Shown here piece after piece: positions 57,894 to 64,000 of a stretch of DNA of 64,000 nucleotides. The stretch lies in assembly GCA_963845755.1 (NCBI GenBank), contig CAWJTV010000032.1, forward strand, positions 50,159 through 114,158, written 5' to 3'. The DNA is from an uncultured Planctomycetota bacterium (GTDB lineage Bacteria; Planctomycetota; Planctomycetia; Isosphaerales; Isosphaeraceae). The translations under genes were made by a program, and so were the position numbers. Position 1 is the first letter of the stretch. Each line of letters opens with the position of its first letter. The notes beneath the pieces are model-generated. The model did no database searches, was not told where the DNA came from, and saw only the letters and a program-made list of their open reading frames with translations.

Positions 57894-58032
57894 GGGCGAG
57901 TCCTCAAATCCGGATGGACCGGCGGATGGAGCGACCGCGCGTATCCGCTCACCCTTGATTCTGACGTGAAACGAGGGGTTTCGGCAAGCCGGCGCAGTCG
58001 GGCGATGAGCTGGAGACGCTCTCGTCCCCTTA

Positions 58033-58100
58033 CAGGCGGTTTCAAAACGGGGACTGGTTCCGAGTTTTCGAGGTGCCTGTCCCCTCCTTGAAACAGCCTC
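58033..58100. repeat. Short MITE-like palindrome
   Basis: caggcggtttcaa...ttgaaacagcctc enclosing ggggactgg...cctgtcccc; abuts the TAG of the adjacent gene. Confidence 0.6.
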
Positions 58101-59492
58101 CTATTCAAGCCTCATCGCATCGAGCAAAAGTTCGTGAATCTGCCCCATCGGGATCGATCCCTCCGCGGCCGGCGCCAGGCCGTCGCCAATCAGGATCGGC
58201 TGGTCCTGGGGATGTGCGGCGGGGACGCCATGGCTGCCCCGCACCAGCGCTGGATCGAGCGGGATCACGTCGAATCGGGTCCGAAAACCGAGCTTTTTCT
58301 GGATAAGCCGCGCGATCGCTCGCCCCTTGGGCCAGAAGAGCCGAGGGTCGAAGAACAGCTCGCAGGGGTCATAGCCGGGCTTGCGATGGATGTCGACGGT
58401 CCGGGCGAAATCGGGAGCCATGCGATCGTCCAGCCAGTAGGGATAGGCGAACCAGGAGTCGTCTCGAGCCAGAACGACCAGGTCGCCGGCGCGCGGATGA
58501 TCGAGGCCGAATTCGGCCCGCTCGGCCGCTTCCCGGATCTGCGCCACGCCGGGAATCGTCGCGATGAGGTCGCGCGCCCGGGCGCGGTCCTCGGCCCGGG
58601 CGGCATAGACGTGGGCGACCTGGTGATCGCAGACGGCGAACGCCCGGCTGCCGAAGGTGTCGAGGGTCTCGCCGAAGGGCCCCGGCCGCACCGCCAGCAA
58701 GTTCGCCTCACGCAGTACGCGGTTCAGGAGGATCGGCCGGGAGACGTCGCAATGTCCGTATTCGCTGACGACCCAGACGCGCGCCCCGGCCGACCGGGCC
58801 GCGTCCAGCAGGGGGACGCACGCGTCATCCAGCTCGCCGACCAACTGGGGCAGATCGCAACCGGAAGGGCCAAACCGCTGGGGATCGTAGTCGAGGTGGG
58901 GCAGGTAGACCAAGGTCAGTTCGGGCCGCACCGAGGCGACGACCTCGGCCGCCGCGCGCGCGATCCATTCGGTGCACGGCCGACCGGCGCCCGGTCCCCA
59001 GAACGTGTGGAACGGGAACCGGCCCAGGGTCGCCTCGAGGCGGTCGCATAGGTCCTCCGGCGTCCCGGTGATGCCGAAGACCTTGTTACCGTCGCAACCA
59101 TAATGGGGCTTGGGCGTCACGCTGATCGCGACGTCGGCCCCCTGATTGAACCACCAGAACAGCTTGGCCGCGCGGAACGGACGGCCGCGCTCGATCGCCC
59201 GCCTCCGGGCTGTGACGTAGATCGGCTCGGCCTGCAACAAGGCGTTCGACTGTTGCCAGAACCGGATCTCCCCCGTGTCGCGGAACAGCCAGCCGTTGCC
59301 GACGATGCCATGCTCCTGGGGAGGTCGGCCGGTCAGGATGGTGGCCTGGGCCGTGCAGGTCACCGCCGGCACGACTTCCCCGAGCGACCGGACCCATCCC
59401 GCGGTCGCCATTTGCTTCAGCCGCGGCGCATGTTCCAGCAGTTTTCGGGTCAAGCCGACGGCATTGATCAGGATCAGCGGTTGCAGTTCCAT
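58101..59492 (-). CDS. Alkaline phosphatase / nucleotide pyrophosphatase family protein (EboF-like)
   Basis: LINAVGL, PAVTCTAQAT, YLPHLDY..QRFGP, SEYG, DIHRKPGYDP, GSHG. Confidence 0.88.
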   Translation of the reverse strand: MELQPLILINAVGLTRKLLEHAPRLKQMATAGWVRSLGEVVPAVTCTAQATILTGRPPQEHGIVGNGWLFRDTGEIRFWQQSNALLQAEPIYVTARRRAIERGRPFRAAKLFWWFNQGADVAISVTPKPHYGCDGNKVFGITGTPEDLCDRLEATLGRFPFHTFWGPGAGRPCTEWIARAAAEVVASVRPELTLVYLPHLDYDPQRFGPSGCDLPQLVGELDDACVPLLDAARSAGARVWVVSEYGHCDVSRPILLNRVLREANLLAVRPGPFGETLDTFGSRAFAVCDHQVAHVYAARAEDRARARDLIATIPGVAQIREAAERAEFGLDHPRAGDLVVLARDDSWFAYPYWLDDRMAPDFARTVDIHRKPGYDPCELFFDPRLFWPKGRAIARLIQKKLGFRTRFDVIPLDPALVRGSHGVPAAHPQDQPILIGDGLAPAAEGSIPMGQIHELLLDAMRLE

Positions 59493-59576
59493 CGGCTGTG
59501 ACGTTTGATGGAGGTTAGATCGGTTCAGTTGAGATGGGTCGCGAGGCCCAACGAGAATGCGACGAGGACGCCAACC

Positions 59577-60092
59577 TTGAGCCAGGAATCGACCGAGCCC
59601 TTGCCGCCGTATACGTACGTCCCGGGTGGCCCGTGGCCCCATCCGATCCGATCGCCCGAGGGGCATTCGTACGGGCATCGCGACGGCCCGGTCGCCCCGG
59701 GGAGCACCGACTGGTCGGCGCGGTTCCGTCGCGGGATCGAGCTGTTCGACGCCGGCTATTATTGGGAAGCGCATGAGGTCTGGGAAGGGCTCTGGCACGC
59801 GGAGGGCCGCCGAGGGGCCGCGGCCGACCTGCTCAAGGGACTGATCAAGCTGGCCGCTGCGGGGGTGAAGGTCCGCGAGCGCCAGGAGCATGGCGTACGT
59901 ACCCACGCCCGTCGGGCCGCCGAGTGCTTCGTCGCGGCGAGAGAGCAGGGGGGAGCGCCGCAAACCGGCCTGGACCTCGATCTCTGGATCGAGCGCGCCC
60001 GCGCCCTCGCCGAGGACCCTCCGGCCGATCCGGGACCGCGCGACGCGGCCGTGACATGCGTCTTCGGATTTCAGATCAGTAGGACTGACTGA
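59577..60092 (+). CDS. DUF309 domain-containing protein
   Basis: GIELFDAGYYWEAHEVWEGLW...KGLIKLAAA. Confidence 0.88.
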   Translation: MSQESTEPLPPYTYVPGGPWPHPIRSPEGHSYGHRDGPVAPGSTDWSARFRRGIELFDAGYYWEAHEVWEGLWHAEGRRGAAADLLKGLIKLAAAGVKVRERQEHGVRTHARRAAECFVAAREQGGAPQTGLDLDLWIERARALAEDPPADPGPRDAAVTCVFGFQISRTD

Positions 60093-60582
60093 CACTGGGC
60101 TCCCCGATCGGCGGTTTCGGCGCGTCTGGCTCGAATCGGATCCAGGGCATCCAGGCGGCCCGGGCCCATTTTCGCCGCATCCGATCGTGGTAGGCCACCC
60201 GCTCCCGGCAGACGACCAGTGTTTCCTCAAGGAGCGGATCAATCGGGTACTTCCGGGCGTCGTCGGGGTTATAGCCGAGGTACCATTGGTAGTAATACGG
60301 TCGCGTCGTGTCATAGCCATACGTCTCCAGGTTCTTTCGCAAGAGCCCCTTGATCGGGGTCCGGGTCACGGAAACGGGCGCCGCGACCCCCTTGCTATCA
60401 ACGATGCGACGAGACCATTGCTTGGACTCCCGGGCGTGCTCCAGGGCCCGCCGTTCGGCCTCCTGATGGCGGGGCCATATCCTGGCGAGCCAGAGCCAGC
60501 CTCCCAAAGCCAGTCCGCAGATTGCGACGACGATCATCAGCATGCGGATTGTCAGGCGCGGTCGCACGGCGAAAAGGGTCAA
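60076..60582 (-). CDS. Membrane-anchored hypothetical protein (planctomycete R.TIR.LM family)
   Basis: RLTIRMLMIVVAI TM segment; C-terminal YH..M..KW.RAA..PW....PD.P.P. Confidence 0.6.
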   Translation of the reverse strand: MTLFAVRPRLTIRMLMIVVAICGLALGGWLWLARIWPRHQEAERRALEHARESKQWSRRIVDSKGVAAPVSVTRTPIKGLLRKNLETYGYDTTRPYYYQWYLGYNPDDARKYPIDPLLEETLVVCRERVAYHDRMRRKWARAAWMPWIRFEPDAPKPPIGEPSVSQSY

Positions 60583-60785
60583 GCGATTCCTCCTTTCTCG
60601 GCGCGATGTCTCACGTGGGTGACCCCCAGGGAGAACCCAAACCCGGTTTCGGCCCAGGTTCGGCTCCTCGCCGCGCTTGTCAGCCGGGATTGGCTTGGAT
60701 TAGACTGGTCCGACCGTCTCGCCCCCGTCGGGGTGCGCCGGCCGGAGTGGTTCGTTTCGTCGGAAGTCAGACCAAGGTCAACTCG

Positions 60786-61175
60786 ATGGCAAAGCAAGCG
60801 GCTGATAAAGCGAAAGACAAATCGAAAGAGAAACCGAAGACCAAGCAGGCCCAGCCGGGTGACGACAAGCCCAAGAAGGCCAAGGCGAAACCCGCCGCCG
60901 CCCCGGATGCAGCCGCCGCGGAGAAGGCCCCGCCCCCGGAGAAGCCGAAGCCCGCACCGCGACCCCCGGCCGATCCTCGCCTGAAGGTGCTCAAGAAGTT
61001 CCACGGCAAGTTCCTTCCGCGGGGGCCGCTCCGCGACCGCCTCAAGGTCCTCATGCAGCGCTGGGACTCGGGCGAGGACCACGGCGGCGTGACCGTCGAC
61101 GAGCTGAAATCGTTGCATAACGACTGGAAATCCGCCCGCGCCAAGCCGGCCCGTGCCGCCAAGATCTCGGAGTAA
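60786..61175 (+). CDS. Lys/Pro/Ala-rich hypothetical protein
   Basis: ATG start, host-like codon usage, basic low-complexity N-terminus, compact C-terminal region. Confidence 0.65.
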   Translation: MAKQAADKAKDKSKEKPKTKQAQPGDDKPKKAKAKPAAAPDAAAAEKAPPPEKPKPAPRPPADPRLKVLKKFHGKFLPRGPLRDRLKVLMQRWDSGEDHGGVTVDELKSLHNDWKSARAKPARAAKISE

Positions 61176-62365
61176 GCTCGCCAGCCTCGGTCGCGAATCG
61201 GGTGCGGGAACCGTGGCCCGTGGGTCGGGTTCCTTGGCCGACAGATTCTTCGCTCGTGCGGTGGACGTCGCCATGCCCCGACAGGGTCAGGAACTCTGAC
61301 CCAGGCAAGGAAGGCCGGCAGGATTTCCCTTGCGCGCGACGGCGTGGTGGCCGCACCAGCCGGTGCGCCCGCGTGAGTGACGGCGGCAGGGACCGGCGCG
61401 GGAACGTTGCCCACCGGTCTCCCGCGTGTGCGCAGGGTGGGCCTCCGCGCCGTGGGCGGTCTGGAGTGGGTTTCCACCCATCGATCGCCTCCGACAAAAT
61501 CCATGCAATCCAGAATTCATAGCCCTCACCTCAAATGATCCTCGGCATGCCCGCGATGCTGCGCAGGCGCACGTCCCCAGGGGGACCGTCGTCCCGAGAG
61601 GACCCCGTCGCGCGCGATTTTCCTGATAACGATGAATCTGCGAATTGAAGCGGTGTGTACGCTCCAGCCGGTCGGGCTAGCATTGCCGGTTTTGCGAATG
61701 CTGCCGATCAGGTAGTCTGTGCGGGGGTTTGGGTTCGTCTTGCGAGTTATCGGTCTGCGCCACGGGGGCCACTGGCTTCGTTTTGCAGCTCTTGGGACGC
61801 TCCGCGTGGGCGGCTGGCTTCGTTTTGCGGATTCGGGATGGGCCAACTCGTGGGTTTCTGGATTCGGTAGGCAGATCTCGAATGCATCAAGCCCGGATCG
61901 ATGTTCCCATCCAGTCAAGCTGTCATTCGCGATTGCATCGTCATGGTGGAGTGAGTTCAACGTGACTGCGCGGTCATTATTCCCAACTCAGGGTACCGAT
62001 CGCAGCGAAACGCTCGGGAAGTCGAGCTCTTGAGGATCAGGACGAAGGTGTCATATAGATTAGGATGCCGCAACTTTGAAAAAACGAGAACGCATTTCGG
62101 CCGAAATTGGTAGGATGCTTGACTTAAGTCTTTACATGACAGGGAAATAAATTTTTTGAAGATTTCTGGGTACCGGTGGATTGCGCCGGAAGCGCGGTCG
62201 GTCGAGGGTCGCACCGTCTTGCGAGGAGATAGGCCGGGCCGTCGAGCTGTCTCTCAAGGTCTGCGCTTACCCCATTTTTCCCCGGATGCAGAGCCGGAGG
62301 TAAGACGCGCGTTCCGTGTTCGGGCTGAAACCGATGACCGTGACAGGATTTCCAGGAGAATCCCT

Positions 62366-63879
62366 GTGATCCGCTTCCGTACTCCGCTCACGCTGCTGGC
62401 CGCCGCAGGGCTGATCGTGGCCACGGCATCCGCGCCGGGCCAGACGCCGGTGTCCAAGGCCTACCTTCTCAACGTCGGCAAGAAGCAAACCTTCACCGAG
62501 ATCGGCTCCGACGATAAGACCAAGCCGGAATCTGTCGAGGATTTCAAGGAACTCGCCGGCAAGGCCCTGAAAGTCGCGTACTTCAAGGGCGATTCCGTCG
62601 GCGACCGTGTTGCCAGGGTGAGGAACTGGAAGCCCTTCGCCACCTTGCGCCTGAGCGTCTTCAACCCGGGAAAGGACACCGTCACGCTCGGACTGAACAT
62701 CCTCCACGCCGGCAGCACGAACTACGCCACGCGCATCGAAGTGCCGGTCGTCCTCAAGCCCGGCAAGAATGAGGTCGCCATCGTCATCGACGAGCTGAAG
62801 AACACGAGCGGCTCCGCCCCGGACCTGACCGATATCCGCAGGTGGTATTTCGCCGATGCCGAGGGCAAGGGGCCGACAGTGTACTTCGGCGACATGGTGC
62901 TGGAAGGCACGGTCGCGCGGCGCAGGTCCACGGCGACCCGGCCCGGCTACGGCGCATCCGTGCCGCCGTAATGCCCAGGATCGACAAGCCGATCCTGTTC
63001 GGCACGCCGGAGGCCGACGCCATCGTGTCCGCCCTGGAAGTGTTTCCGCCCGACAATCCCTGGAACCTGGTCATCGAGGACTGGCCGTTGCATCCCAACT
63101 CGAAGAAGATCATCGAATCGATCGGCGCGAACAAGAAGCTTCGCTACAACACCGACATGGGCTACGTCCTGGTGCCGCCCGACCAGAAGAAAGTCGGCGT
63201 CAGGCTCGGCTCGGCCGCCGCCGAGTCGGACAAGGGCCCCTACCCGGTGCCCGACAACACGCCGATCGAAGGCTACCCAATCCATTACAAGGGTCTGACC
63301 CTGGACCAGGTGCAACGCAAGGATGAGGGGGACATCGACCGGCACGCCCTGGTCGTCGATCCGACCAACCGGATGCTCTACGAGTTCTACCAGATGCGCA
63401 AGACCGACAGGGGGTGGATCGCGTCGGGTGCCGCGATCTTCGACCTGAAGTCGAACAGGCTACGGCCGGACGGTTGGACCTCGGCCGACGCCGCCGGCCT
63501 GCCGATCTTCCCCGCGACGGTGCGCTACGATGAGATCCAGCGCGGCATGGTCGAGCATGCCATGCGCATGGGGGTGGGCAAGACGCGCCGGGCTTACGTC
63601 GACCCGGCGACGCATTATGCCAGCAGGGACTCCGATCTCGACCTGCCGCGCATGGGCGAGCGCCTCCGGCTGAAGAAGGATTTCGACATCAGCGGGTTCT
63701 CGCCGGCGGCGCAGGCGATCCTGAAGGGCCTGAAGACGTACGGCGTATTCGTCGCGGACAACGGCCTCGATTGGACCCTCTCGGTCGCGCCCGATTCGCG
63801 AATCCCGCTCTTGCACGAAGAGTTCAGCAGGATCAAGGGCTCGGCATTCGAGGTGGTGGAACGCGTTCCCGGTCAATGA
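62366..63879 (+). CDS. Secreted hypothetical protein (N-terminal carbohydrate-binding-like domain), frameshift near 62915
   Basis: AGGAGA RBS and signal peptide; C-terminal FPPDNPWN, DRH..VVD, WTSADAAGLP, YG..VADNG. Confidence 0.7.
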
Positions 63880-64000
63880 ATGCAGCCCTCAGAGCTTCTG
63901 CCGGATGAATCGTGTTCCAAAATCGGTGTCTCATGGGGATCGGGCGTAATCGGCGGTGCGCCAGCTCGCCTTGGACTGCGCCCGCCGCACCATCGCCGTG

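Noticed and set aside
55452..58091. Long antisense ORFs (for example 55452..58091 +, 48774..50969 +, 4014..5429 +, 5433..7103 +)
   Set aside because: These are shadow frames of well-supported opposite-strand genes in GC-rich DNA.
59493..60320. N-terminal 275 aa of the 739-aa ORF 58101..60320
   Set aside because: It overlaps the DUF309 gene; phosphatase similarity starts at MELQPLILIN (59492).
61730..61829. Mini CRISPR array
   Set aside because: Only three degenerate 14-bp units and no cas genes.

Overview
GC-rich Planctomycetota (Isosphaeraceae-like) chromosomal DNA, judged from the PSD1/cytochrome C, DUF1501, DUF1559, DUF4058 and extended ECF sigma factor genes. Single-base frameshifts are pervasive, even in thyA, so most split ORFs are probably long-read errors. 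The backbone carries two PSD1+DUF1501 clusters, BlaI/BlaR1(M56), ECF sigma factors, a WD40 Ser/Thr kinase and thyA-folA. The most unusual region is a defence/toxin-antitoxin island at about 34.2-46.5 kb. There a type ISP-like restriction-modification gene is cut off after MTase motif I, and its 3' end recurs three times as a direct repeat (143-bp core in two copies, a shorter third copy). The repeats separate cargo blocks: a nucleosidase-STAND NTPase; a small ORF-dCTP deaminase-DNA methylase-HNH operon; MNT/HepT modules; and hicAB. The window also holds MITE-like inverted-repeat shells that carry different REP-like hairpins (one inactivates hicA, one sits in frame inside a gene), and an IS inserted exactly in the loop of a REP hairpin. 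Family assignments come from recognised motifs, not database searches.
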